The notes below the pieces were generated by a model that had not been told where the DNA came from, ran no database searches, and saw only the letters and a list, made by a program, of their open reading frames with translations. A stretch of 26,965 bases of DNA. Origin: Kiritimatiellia bacterium. Lineage in GTDB: Bacteria > Verrucomicrobiota > Kiritimatiellia > RFP12 > UBA3636. Shown here in pieces: positions 1 to 7,393 of this stretch. The position numbers and the translations under genes were made by a program. The stretch is taken from positions 1-26,965 of the forward strand of contig JAFSUV010000069.1 in assembly GCA_017450425.1 (NCBI GenBank). Reading direction: 5' to 3'. Each line of letters opens with the position of its first letter. Within the stretch, counting starts at the first letter, position 1.

Positions 1-1
1 C

Positions 2-385
2 GTGCTCGTCGAAGGCGACGACATGACCGAGCCGATCGCCGACGAGACGCGCTCGATCCTCGACGGGCACATCATCCTCTCGCGCAAGCTCGCGCAGCAG
101 AACCACTATCCGGCGATCGACATCCTCGCGTCCGTCTCGCGCTGCCAGTCGGCCATCATTCCGAAGGACCACAAGGCTGCGGCCGCGAAGCTGCGCGCGC
201 TCCTGGCCAAGTACGCGGAAGTGGAGCTCCTCTTGAAGATCGGCGAATACAAGAAGGGGACAGACCCCGAGACGGACGAGGCGGTCGCGAAGAACGCCGC
301 CGTCAACAACTACCTGAAGCAGGGGCTCGACGAAAAGCCCGTCTACGCCGACTCCATCCAGAAGCTCAAGGAGGCCGTCGCGTAA
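2..385 (+). CDS. sctN: Type III secretion ATPase SctN (YscN/FliI family), C-terminal part; 5' end lies outside the window
   Basis: [47 protein letters not shown] is the conserved C-terminal region of T3SS ATPases. Its stop TAA (383-385) overlaps the next ATG. Confidence 0.95.
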   Translation: MLVEGDDMTEPIADETRSILDGHIILSRKLAQQNHYPAIDILASVSRCQSAIIPKDHKAAAAKLRALLAKYAEVELLLKIGEYKKGTDPETDEAVAKNAAVNNYLKQGLDEKPVYADSIQKLKEAVA

Positions 386-858
386 TGGCGTACCTCCTCC
401 AGCCGCTTTTGAGAATCCGCACGATGCGCGAGGACCGCGCGTCGGGCGAGCTCGTCGCGGCCAAGCGCGATCTGGCGCTCGCGGAGGAGGCGCTGGCGGC
501 ACGGCAGAAGGATCTGGCGGACTGGGAGGCGACGAAGGAGGCGCGGCGCGACAGGATCTACGATGCGATCATCGGGCGCGAAGTGAGCCGCGACCAGATT
601 GACCTGGCGAACGAAGGGGTGGCGCGGATCGACGAAGAGGGCGTCCTGAAGGCGGACAACGTCAAGCGCGCCGAACAGGAGCGCAAGAAGCGCGAAGAGG
701 CGGCGGACGTCGCCCGCCAGAACTTGAATCTTGCTACGAAAAACCGCATGAAGATCGATGAACACAAGGCAGTGTGGATGAAGGAGGACGCCCTGGCGCA
801 GGAAGCGCGCGCCGAGGGCGAACTCGAGGACTTCACGGTGAGGAAGGAAGAAATCTGA
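385..858 (+). CDS. sctO: T3SS stalk protein SctO (YscO-like coiled coil), 157 aa
   Basis: Directly follows sctN (TAATG overlap). Highly charged, predicted all-helical. N-terminal LLRIRTMREDRA and acidic C-terminal EGELEDF resemble YscO-family termini. Confidence 0.8.
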   Translation: MAYLLQPLLRIRTMREDRASGELVAAKRDLALAEEALAARQKDLADWEATKEARRDRIYDAIIGREVSRDQIDLANEGVARIDEEGVLKADNVKRAEQERKKREEAADVARQNLNLATKNRMKIDEHKAVWMKEDALAQEARAEGELEDFTVRKEEI

Positions 859-3200
859 TGTTTGCAGTAGAAGGTCTGAATGTCGAAGGTCTGAAGGTCG
901 ATGGTTCAAGGTCGTCGGCGCTTTCCTCCTTTAGCGCGTTGCTCCCCGACGCCTCCGGGCTCTCCCCGCTTCCATTGCCGAGTGACGACGCCGTACGCCG
1001 CTTCCAGAGCGCAATGGATGTGGAAGAGCCGTCCAATGGCGCTGGCCAGAAGGACGAAGGGCGGAAAGTCGAATGTCCTCTTAGCCGCAAAGAACGCATG
1101 GATCGCAAAGAGGAGCCCGCTGTTCTACAAGAGCCGGTCTTTCCGCTCGTCCAGAAAATCGTTTCGGATGCACCGGCTGCGCCAACCGTGAGGATTGCCC
1201 CTGTTTCTCCGGAGCAGGTGGACGCCCTTGCCCCGGTTGACTATTTCACCGCCTCCGACGGCACGGCGCTCCCTTATCGCCTGCATGTCCCGGCGCTGCC
1301 GGAATCGCTGCAGGTTGAAGGTTCCAAGCTTGAAGGTTCTACGTCATCCTCGCCTCAGCGTGAAAAAACGGCCGACCTTCGACTTTCCGACCTTCGACCT
1401 TCTACGCCCTCCCCGGTGTTCCCGCTGGTCCTTTTCATGCACGGCGCCGGAACGCGCGGCGACGACGGCAAGGCGTTCGCCGGCAACATTTCCTTCCAGT
1501 GCCTTCTCTCCCAGGTCACGGAAAACACCCCGGCGATTGTCCTCGCCCCGCAGTGCCCCGACGGGGAGAAGTGGGTCAACACCCCGTGGGGGGAGAAAGT
1601 CCACGACTTCGAGCCGGCACCCTCGCGCTACATGGGCGCGGCGCTCGAGCTTCTCGACCGGACCCTTGCGACGCAGCCCATCGACCGCTCGCGCATCCTG
1701 GTCTGCGGCAACTCGATGGGCGGCTACGCCACGTGGGACGTCGTTTCGCGCCGGCCCGGACTCTTCGCGGCGGCCCTGCCGGTCTGCGGCGGCGGCGACG
1801 CGGCGAAGATGCCGGAATTCGACGACATCCCCGTATGGGCCGTCCACGGCGGCGCGGACGGTACCGTGCCGGTGGAGAACTCCCGCGCGCTCGTTTCCGG
1901 CCTTCGCGCCAATCCGGCGCGCTCGGCCGAAACACGCTACACGGAAATTCCCGACGCCGGGCACGATGTCTGGACATACGCCTTCTCGGATCCGCAAATC
2001 CTCTCCTGGTTCTTTTCGAAGACCCGCGCCGCGACGGCGCCGTCGAAGGCGATCGAGCCGATATCCGTCGAGGCGGCGGCCGCGCTCTGTCCGTCCCGCC
2101 TCTACACCGCACCAGACGGCTCCACGATTCCGTACCGCGTCCACATTCCGGAAAACGCGGCTGACGCCGCCGCTCGAGCGGGGGCGCCCGGTCTGCCGCT
2201 CATCCTGTTTCTGCATGGCGCCGGCGAGCGCGGCGCGGACACCGAGCCGCTTGTGCGCTTCCCCACGATCCGCCACCTGCTCGCGCGCAACGCGATGGTG
2301 GAGGACGCGGAACGGGCAATCGTCATCGCCCCCCAATGCCCGGCGGAAGAACGGTGGGTCGATACGTCATGGGGCGAAACGGCACATGTTTTCAACGAAA
2401 ACCCCGCAAAGCCGCTTTCGCTGGCGCTCTCGCTGCTTGACCACGCCGTCGAAACCCTTCCGGTTGACCGTTCGCGCGTTTACGTCTGCGGCGTATCCAT
2501 GGGCGGCTACGGCACGTGGGACGCCCTGGCGCGCCGGCCGGAAACATTCGCGGCCGCGCTGCCCGTCTGCGGCGGGGGCTCAACCGAGGCCGTGGCCCGC
2601 GCAGGGCAAGTGCCCGTCTGGGTCTTCCATGGCGCGGAGGACACTGTCGTCCCCCCCGACAATTCGCGCAACCTTGTGGCCGCAATGCGCGACGACCCCG
2701 CGCGCACGGCTGAAACGCGCTATCGCGAATTTCCGGACGTCGGCCACGACAGCTGGCTGAACGCCTTTTCCTCGCCCGAAGTCCTCGGCTGGCTCTTCGC
2801 CCAGCGCCGGGAAGGGCAGGGGGATCAGTTGGCAGCCGACCTCCGGCCTTCCGACCTGCGACCTTCCGACCTGCGACCTTCCGACCTTCAGTCTTCGGTG
2901 TCCTCTCTCGCCGATGCGATTGCCGCCGAAATCGCGGCGACGCCGGCGCTTGCAAGCGGGGACGGGGAAATCCGAATCGTCCTCAAGCCGACTATGCTGG
3001 ACGGTTCCGAAATCCACCTTTCGGCCAGGACAGGCGAACTGACAGTCGCCATTACGCCGGCGACGCCGGAGGCCGCCGCGCTGGTCGCCGCCGCGCTGCC
3101 GCACCTTGAAACCGCGCTTGCGGCGCACTCGAGGGCTTTCCACCATGTCGCGATCTCAATCGCGCCAGCCAAGAAAGGAAGAAATGATGAAACCGCTTGA
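858..3200 (+). CDS. sctP: T3SS needle-length ruler / substrate-switch protein SctP (YscP/FliK-like) containing two internal alpha/beta-hydrolase domains, 780 aa
   Basis: Lies between sctO and sctQ. Start ATG 858 overlaps the sctO stop (TGATG) and is preferred over the track's 774. C-terminal GEIRIVLKPTMLDGSEIHLSARTGELTVAI...LPHLETAL resembles the T3S4 domain. One uninterrupted frame. Confidence 0.8.
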   Translation: MFAVEGLNVEGLKVDGSRSSALSSFSALLPDASGLSPLPLPSDDAVRRFQSAMDVEEPSNGAGQKDEGRKVECPLSRKERMDRKEEPAVLQEPVFPLVQKIVSDAPAAPTVRIAPVSPEQVDALAPVDYFTASDGTALPYRLHVPALPESLQVEGSKLEGSTSSSPQREKTADLRLSDLRPSTPSPVFPLVLFMHGAGTRGDDGKAFAGNISFQCLLSQVTENTPAIVLAPQCPDGEKWVNTPWGEKVHDFEPAPSRYMGAALELLDRTLATQPIDRSRILVCGNSMGGYATWDVVSRRPGLFAAALPVCGGGDAAKMPEFDDIPVWAVHGGADGTVPVENSRALVSGLRANPARSAETRYTEIPDAGHDVWTYAFSDPQILSWFFSKTRAATAPSKAIEPISVEAAAALCPSRLYTAPDGSTIPYRVHIPENAADAAARAGAPGLPLILFLHGAGERGADTEPLVRFPTIRHLLARNAMVEDAERAIVIAPQCPAEERWVDTSWGETAHVFNENPAKPLSLALSLLDHAVETLPVDRSRVYVCGVSMGGYGTWDALARRPETFAAALPVCGGGSTEAVARAGQVPVWVFHGAEDTVVPPDNSRNLVAAMRDDPARTAETRYREFPDVGHDSWLNAFSSPEVLGWLFAQRREGQGDQLAADLRPSDLRPSDLRPSDLQSSVSSLADAIAAEIAATPALASGDGEIRIVLKPTMLDGSEIHLSARTGELTVAITPATPEAAALVAAALPHLETALAAHSRAFHHVAISIAPAKKGRNDETA
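867..917 (+). repeat. In-frame 7/8-nt tandem repeat (T)GAAGGTC at the sctP 5' end, encoding VEGLN-VEGLK-VDGSR
   Basis: Units GAAGGTC, TGAATGTC, GAAGGTC, TGAAGGTC, GATGGTTC, AAGGTCG read directly from the sequence. Confidence 0.7.
1239..2027 (+). other. Alpha/beta-hydrolase domain 1 within SctP (COG4099 predicted peptidase/esterase type)
   Basis: Motifs LPYRL, PLVLFMHGAG, VLAPQCP, IDRSRI, nucleophile elbow GNSMGG (Ser codon 1713-1715), HGGADGTV (Asp) and GHDVW (His). Boundaries are approximate. Confidence 0.9.
1314..1401. repeat. Imperfect inverted pair of heptamer tracts within hydrolase domain 1
   Basis: GTTGAAGGTTCCAAGCTTGAAGGTTC (from 1314) followed by CCGACCTT-CGACTTT-CCGACCTT-CGACCTT (1372-1401). 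Confidence 0.7.
2097..2810 (+). other. Alpha/beta-hydrolase domain 2 within SctP (paralogous to domain 1)
   Basis: Motifs IPYRV, PLILFLHGAGERG, VIAPQCP, VDRSRV, GVSMGG (Ser codon 2496-2498), HGAEDTVV and GHDSW. Boundaries are approximate. Confidence 0.9.
2836..2895 (-). repeat. In-frame 15-nt-period (8+7) repeat CCGACCTG-CGACCTT, encoding ADLRP-SDLRP-SDLRP-SDLQS
   Basis: Four consecutive 15-nt periods. The CGACCTT core is the reverse complement of the AAGGTCG core at 867-917. Confidence 0.85.
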
Positions 3201-4161
3201 AATCCTCTCCACGCTCCCAAAGTGGGCGAATGCCACGCCGGACGCGATCATCGACTCGCCGGCGTTCGCAATGCCGTGCCGCCTTGGCGAGGAACCGGCC
3301 GTCATCCGCCCCGCGTCCGTGGCACCGGCGGCGGCGGAAACGCTGGCTCTTTCCGTGGCATTCGGCGACGAGCCTCACACGCTCGGCATTGCCCGTTCCC
3401 CGCGCTTTCCCGACCTCGACAAGCTCTGGGACGGCCGCGCCGACGTGCCTGAACCGATCCTGCTTGCCCTCGTCGAACGCGAGTGCGGGCCGCTTCTGCA
3501 ACTGCTCGAAAACGCCGTCAGGAAGCAGCTGCGGCTCGTGGGCATTTCACGCAGAGGCGCAGAGGAGGAGGAGGCGCGGAGCGATGGCACGGAGGACCCT
3601 TCCGGCATCGCTCTCTGTGTCGCCGCTCCTCGGCGCGAGGAAAACGACGCGCAGCCCATCTGTTTTTCGCTTACGCGAAGCGCCACCGTTGTCTCCGCGT
3701 TTGGCGCGCTCCGCAACCTCGACCTGGCGCACGAGTCGATCCGCTCGCAGACGCTTCAGTCCGAGGTTGAATACGCCGCCTTTGCGATGCCGGAAGCCGA
3801 CATCGCCGCCATCTCGCCCGGCGACGCGGTGATGCTCCCGGAAATCGGCTCGATCCAGCCGCGTCTCATAATCGACGGGCGGTTCGTCTGGGATGAGGGC
3901 GGCGTCGCGCCATACGGAGACGACGGAATGTGCCGCGTGCGCGGTGTCGAAGCAAAGGTGGTTTCGCTGGGCGAACTGTTCGATGCGGCAGGAGAGTTGA
4001 AAGTTGAAAAGTTGAAAGTTGAAAGTTATAAGGGTGAAGATTGCCGCGACGGACTTCAACTGCGGCTTCTTCGCAACGGCAAAGCCGTCGCCTCCGGCCG
4101 CTTCGGCCGCCTCGGCGACCATCCCGCACTCCTCGTTGAAAGTGAATTTGGCGGCCGATAG
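3187..4161 (+). CDS. sctQ: Divergent T3SS sorting-platform protein SctQ (YscQ/FliN SPOA family), 324 aa
   Basis: Lies between sctP and sctR. SPOA-like segments IAAISPGDAVML and LRLLRNGKAVASGRFGRLGDHPALLV. Purine-rich RBS AAAGGAAG precedes ATG 3184/3187. Similarity is weak, so the call rests partly on synteny. Confidence 0.65.
   Translation: MKPLEILSTLPKWANATPDAIIDSPAFAMPCRLGEEPAVIRPASVAPAAAETLALSVAFGDEPHTLGIARSPRFPDLDKLWDGRADVPEPILLALVERECGPLLQLLENAVRKQLRLVGISRRGAEEEEARSDGTEDPSGIALCVAAPRREENDAQPICFSLTRSATVVSAFGALRNLDLAHESIRSQTLQSEVEYAAFAMPEADIAAISPGDAVMLPEIGSIQPRLIIDGRFVWDEGGVAPYGDDGMCRVRGVEAKVVSLGELFDAAGELKVEKLKVESYKGEDCRDGLQLRLLRNGKAVASGRFGRLGDHPALLVESEFGGR
3549..3636. repeat. Degenerate octamer (RCGCAGAG) tract plus inverted copies inside sctQ
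   Basis: ACGCAGAG 3549, GCGCAGAG 3557, GCGCGGAG 3574, GCACGGAG 3587; reverse-type CTCTGTGT 3613 and CTCGGCGC 3629. Confidence 0.4.
3993..4028 (+). repeat. 36-nt in-frame AAAGTTG tandem repeat in sctQ (ELKVEKLKVESY)
   Basis: AGAGTTG-AAAGTTG-AAAAGTTG-AAAGTTG-AAAGTTA (7+7+8+7+7). AT-rich within a GC-rich gene. Confidence 0.85.
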
Positions 4162-4205
4162 CAGACGATGGCTGTCGATCGCAGTCGAAAAGGAAAATTC
4201 CCCCC

Positions 4206-4916
4206 ATGTTCCAGACAAACCCTTTCACTCTGATAGTCCTCTTCGTGGGACTGTCCCTGCTGCCGTTCGTGGCGATGATCGCGACGAGCTACCTCAAGAT
4301 CGTGGTCGTGATGTCGCTCATCCGCAATGCGCTCGGCATCCAGTCGATCCCGCCGAACATGGTGATCAACGCGCTCGCGATGATTCTCACGTTCTACATC
4401 ATGGCTCCGATGGCGAGCGAATCGTGGCAGATAATCGCCGAACGTCAAACGTCGAAAGTCGAAAGCCGGCAGGCCGCGAGCGGACAGGCGGAAGGCGCGG
4501 CAGGATCTGCGACCCTGGACCTTGGACTTTCGACCTCTGAATTCGCGGAAGCGGCCGAGCCGTTTCGCAGGTTTCTTTCGGAGCATACGTCCGTGCGCGA
4601 ACGGGCGTTCTTCGTCAACACGGCGGAAACGCTGTGGGGCAAAGACGGGGAACCGGCCGAGGTCGATCCGGAGAGCTTCTACATCCTTCTTCCGTCGTTC
4701 TGCGTGTCTGAGCTTACGAAAGCGTTTCAGATAGGCTTCCTCGTATATTTGCCGTTCATCGCGATCGACATCATCGTGTCGAACATCCTGCTCGCAATGG
4801 GCATGATGATGGTGTCGCCCGTCACGATATCGCTGCCGTTCAAGTTGCTCCTCTTCGTGATGGTGAACGGCTGGACGCTCCTTATCCAGGGTCTCGTGAG
4901 GGGGTACGCGATATGA
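4206..4916 (+). CDS. sctR: T3SS export apparatus subunit SctR (YscR/FliP family)
   Basis: LSLLPFVAMIATSYLKIVVVMSLIRNALGIQSIPPNMVINALA and YLPFIAIDIIVSNILLAMGMMMVSPVTISLPFKLLLFV are family hallmarks. There is no FliP-type N-terminal signal peptide. Confidence 0.97.
   Translation: MFQTNPFTLIVLFVGLSLLPFVAMIATSYLKIVVVMSLIRNALGIQSIPPNMVINALAMILTFYIMAPMASESWQIIAERQTSKVESRQAASGQAEGAAGSATLDLGLSTSEFAEAAEPFRRFLSEHTSVRERAFFVNTAETLWGKDGEPAEVDPESFYILLPSFCVSELTKAFQIGFLVYLPFIAIDIIVSNILLAMGMMMVSPVTISLPFKLLLFVMVNGWTLLIQGLVRGYAI
4440..4538. repeat. Inverted pair of heptamer tracts inside sctR (GAAAGTC-type / GACTTTC-type)
   Basis: GAACGTC-AAACGTC-GAAAGTC-GAAAGCC (4440-4467), a 43-nt spacer, then GACCCTG-GACCTTG-GACTTTC-GACCTCT (4511-4538). 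Total 99 nt. Confidence 0.7.
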
Positions 4917-5179
4917 GTCAGGCGCAGATACTCGACTATGCGAGGATGTGCCTCGTCATCGTGCTTCGGCTGTCGCTCATCCCGATAGTGGTGGCGACGG
5001 TCATCGGCATCCTTGTCTCGCTGCTGCAGGCGCTCACGCAAATTCAGGAGCAGACGCTTGGCTTTGCAGTGAAGCTCATCGCCATTTCGCTGACGCTTCT
5101 CGCCTGCGCCTCGTGGATGGGTTCGTCGCTCATGCTCTACACGCAGGACATCTTCAACAGCTTTGCGCTTCTGAGATAG
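4913..5179 (+). CDS. sctS: T3SS export apparatus subunit SctS (YscS/FliQ family)
   Basis: 88 aa, two hydrophobic helices, VATVIGILVSLLQALTQIQEQTLGFAVKL motif. ATGA overlap with sctR. Confidence 0.97.
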   Translation: MSQAQILDYARMCLVIVLRLSLIPIVVATVIGILVSLLQALTQIQEQTLGFAVKLIAISLTLLACASWMGSSLMLYTQDIFNSFALLR

Positions 5180-5182
5180 CGG

Positions 5183-6004
5183 ATGCCCTACGTTGAATTC
5201 CATCGATGGATCTTGGCGGCGGTCCTTGCCATGGCGAGGATCGGCGGGGCGTTCGCCATCTGCCCGGCGCTTGCGGATTCGATGATACCGGGCGTGGCGC
5301 GTCGGGCGGCGACGTTCGCCTTCGCGGTCATAGCGATCCCGTTCATCCACGCCGGGATGCCGCCCGGCGAACCGGTCGTGTGGGGCTTCGCCCTTCTCGC
5401 CCTCAAGGAGGCGCTGATCGGCTTCATGCTCGGCTTCTTCAGCGCAGTCCCGTTTTGGGTCGCGGAGAACGTGGGCAACTTCATCGACAACCAGCGCGGC
5501 GCGACGATGGGCGAAGTCTATTCGCCGCTTTCCGGCGCGCAGGTTTCGACGACGGGCATTTTCTTCACGCAGATCGTTTCGACGATCTTCTTCACTTCTG
5601 GCGCGGTGTTCCTGCTTCTCGCCGCGCTCTACAAGAGCTATGCCGTCTGGCCGGTCTTCCCCGCCCCCTCTGTTTCTCAGCTTTCAACTTTCAACTTTCC
5701 AACTTTCAACGTATCTTTCTCCCCCGACGCGCCGGTGCAGATTCTCGGAACGCTCGACGGAATGCTGAAGACGACGGTCGTCATCTCGGCGCCCGTCATC
5801 ATCGTGATGTTCCTTGCGACGATCGGCCTCGGGCTCGTCAACCGCACCGCGCCGCAGCTCAACGTCTTCTTCCTCTCGATGCCGGTCAAATCCGCCCTCG
5901 GCGTCGCCATGCTGATCCTCTACCTGCCCTTCATCATGGACATGCTCATGTACACCAGGGACGCCGCCATCCTCGACCCGGTGAGGAAGCTGCTGGGCGG
6001 GTAA
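5183..6004 (+). CDS. sctT: T3SS export apparatus subunit SctT (YscT/FliR family)
   Basis: KEALIGFMLG, GNFIDNQRGATM and GLVNRTAPQLNVFFLSMPVKS motifs; polytopic hydrophobic profile. Confidence 0.97.
   Translation: MPYVEFHRWILAAVLAMARIGGAFAICPALADSMIPGVARRAATFAFAVIAIPFIHAGMPPGEPVVWGFALLALKEALIGFMLGFFSAVPFWVAENVGNFIDNQRGATMGEVYSPLSGAQVSTTGIFFTQIVSTIFFTSGAVFLLLAALYKSYAVWPVFPAPSVSQLSTFNFPTFNVSFSPDAPVQILGTLDGMLKTTVVISAPVIIVMFLATIGLGLVNRTAPQLNVFFLSMPVKSALGVAMLILYLPFIMDMLMYTRDAAILDPVRKLLGG
5678..5713 (-). repeat. 36-nt in-frame CAACTTT tandem repeat in sctT (QLSTFNFPTFNV)
   Basis: CAGCTTT-CAACTTT-CAACTTT-CCAACTTT-CAACGTA (7+7+7+8+7). The core is the reverse complement of the sctQ AAAGTTG tract. Confidence 0.85.
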
Positions 6005-6152
6005 ACGAACCGAAGCGGATTCGATGGGAAAAATGGACAATCAAGATCAGGTCCGGGGCAGGGTTCGCCGCCAGAAGGAGCAGGATTTTCGCGCGGATCG
6101 GGTGCCGTGCGGGAAAAGCCAGGATTCCGGGCCGGCGCGATTTGAGCCGGAG

Positions 6153-6224
6153 GGTAGGACGAGCAGGACGGGTAGGACCAGCAGGACCAGCAGGACTGGT
6201 AGGACGAGCAGGACTGGTAGGACG
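6153..6224 (+). repeat. 9-nt tandem array 1: 8 units of RGYAGGACN
   Basis: ggtaggacg, agcaggacg, ggtaggacc, agcaggacc, agcaggact, ggtaggacg, agcaggact, ggtaggacg. Confidence 0.95.
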
Positions 6225-6245
6225 TTGCGCCGGCTTTTACCAGCC

Positions 6246-6407
6246 AGTCCTGCTTGTCCTACTCGTCTTACCAGTCCTGCTCGGCCTACCGGTCCTGCTT
6301 GTCCTACCGGTCCTGCTAGTCCTACCCGTCCTGCCGGTCCTACCCTTCCTGCTAGTCCTACCCGTCCTGCCGGTCCTACCGGTCCTGCTCGTCCTACCCT
6401 TCCTACC
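6246..6407 (-). repeat. 9-nt tandem array 2: 18 units of NGTCCTRCY, inverted relative to array 1
   Basis: Runs from agtcctgct (6246) to cttcctacc (6399-6407) in exact 9-nt register. Separated from array 1 by 21 nt. Confidence 0.95.
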
Positions 6408-6436
6408 CCTATCCCAAGCTGCGGAGGTGTTTGACG

Positions 6437-7129
6437 ATGGCCGAGATTCCCAAGATTGTCCTGCCGCATGGTGGCTACAAGAACCTCATCGTCTATCGCA
6501 AGAGCGATGTCGTCTATGAGGGGACTGTCGTGTTCTGCCGCCGGTTTCTTCCCGCCCATGGCGACCGCACGGTTGATCAGATGGTCCAGGCCGCGCGCTC
6601 GTGCAAGCAGAACATCGCGGAGGGCAGTTCGGCGTCAGGGGCGAGCAAGGAGACCGAGATCAAGCTCACCAACGTCGCGCGGGCGACGCTGGACGAGCTG
6701 ATGGAGGACTACCTCGACTACCTTAAGCGGAACGGACTCGCTGAATGGGAGGCCACCGACGAGCGTTCGCGCTATGCGCGCGCCTTCGCCAAAGGGCACA
6801 ACGACTGGAGCGGCTGGAAGGAGCTGTTCGAGACACGCCCTGCCGAGACTCTGGCCAATCTCATGCTGACGATATGCAACCAGACGAGTTACATGCTGGG
6901 GCGCATGATCGAGCGGCAGGAAGCGGACTTCAAGAAGTTCGGCGGCGTCCGCGAGCGCATGCACGCAGCCAGAACAGCCGCCAGGGCCGACGAATTCAAC
7001 AGAGGGCTTTACAGCCATCTTGCCGAGGCGAAGACGCCCGATGAATTGAACACCCGGGCCGAAAACCTGCGCCGCGAAATCAGCCGCATAGTCTGGGGCA
7101 TCGAGAGAAAGCGGGGTTGGCGGCAATGA
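6437..7129 (+). CDS. Four-helix-bundle protein with suffix domain (TIGR02436/TIGR04258 type; 23S-IVS-protein/Avd-like fold), 230 aa
   Basis: GGYKNLIVYRKS, FCRRFL, DRTVDQMVQAARSCKQNIAEGS, SKETEIKLTNVARATLDEL and suffix ANLMLTICNQTSYMLGRMIERQEADFKKFGGVRERM match the family pattern as recalled. GGAGG RBS at 6423-6427. Confidence 0.9.
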   Translation: MAEIPKIVLPHGGYKNLIVYRKSDVVYEGTVVFCRRFLPAHGDRTVDQMVQAARSCKQNIAEGSSASGASKETEIKLTNVARATLDELMEDYLDYLKRNGLAEWEATDERSRYARAFAKGHNDWSGWKELFETRPAETLANLMLTICNQTSYMLGRMIERQEADFKKFGGVRERMHAARTAARADEFNRGLYSHLAEAKTPDELNTRAENLRREISRIVWGIERKRGWRQ

Positions 7130-7142
7130 AGGGCGAAAAGAG

Positions 7143-7385
7143 AGCAGGCCTGGCAGGACGAGCGGGACCGGCAGGACCGGCAGGACTGGCAGGACCGGCA
7201 GGACTGGCAGGACTAGCAGGACGAGCAGGACTAGCAGGACGAGCAGGACGAGCGGGCCTGGCAGGACTGGCAGGACCGGCAGGACGAGCAGGACGAGCGG
7301 GACCGGCAGGACCGGCAGGACTAGCAGGACCGGCAGGACTAGCAGGACGAGCGGGCCTGGCAGGACTAGCAGGACGAGCAGGACC
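7143..7385 (+). repeat. 9-nt tandem array 3: 27 units of RGCRGGMCN
   Basis: 243 nt in exact 9-nt register, from agcaggcct (7143) to agcaggacc (7377-7385). Confidence 0.97.
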
Positions 7386-7393
7386 AACAGGGC

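Noticed and set aside
774-857. sctP start at 774 as in the ORF track
   Set aside because: It would overlap sctO by 85 nt. ATG 858 has a TGATG coupling and an upstream AGGAAGG.
6437-7129. Diversity-generating retroelement, suggested by the Avd-like fold; also DGR-type adenine mutagenesis as the cause of the thyX changes
   Set aside because: No reverse transcriptase and no TR/VR pair differing at adenines were seen in the window. The thyX changes are all A-to-T, which fits an error better.
6635-7387. Minus-strand hydrophobic (VLL/VLP)n ORF, and the minus-strand Gly-X-Y ORF at 6047-6559
   Set aside because: These are automatic translations of the 9-mer arrays, antisense to a well-supported gene, with no supporting start context.
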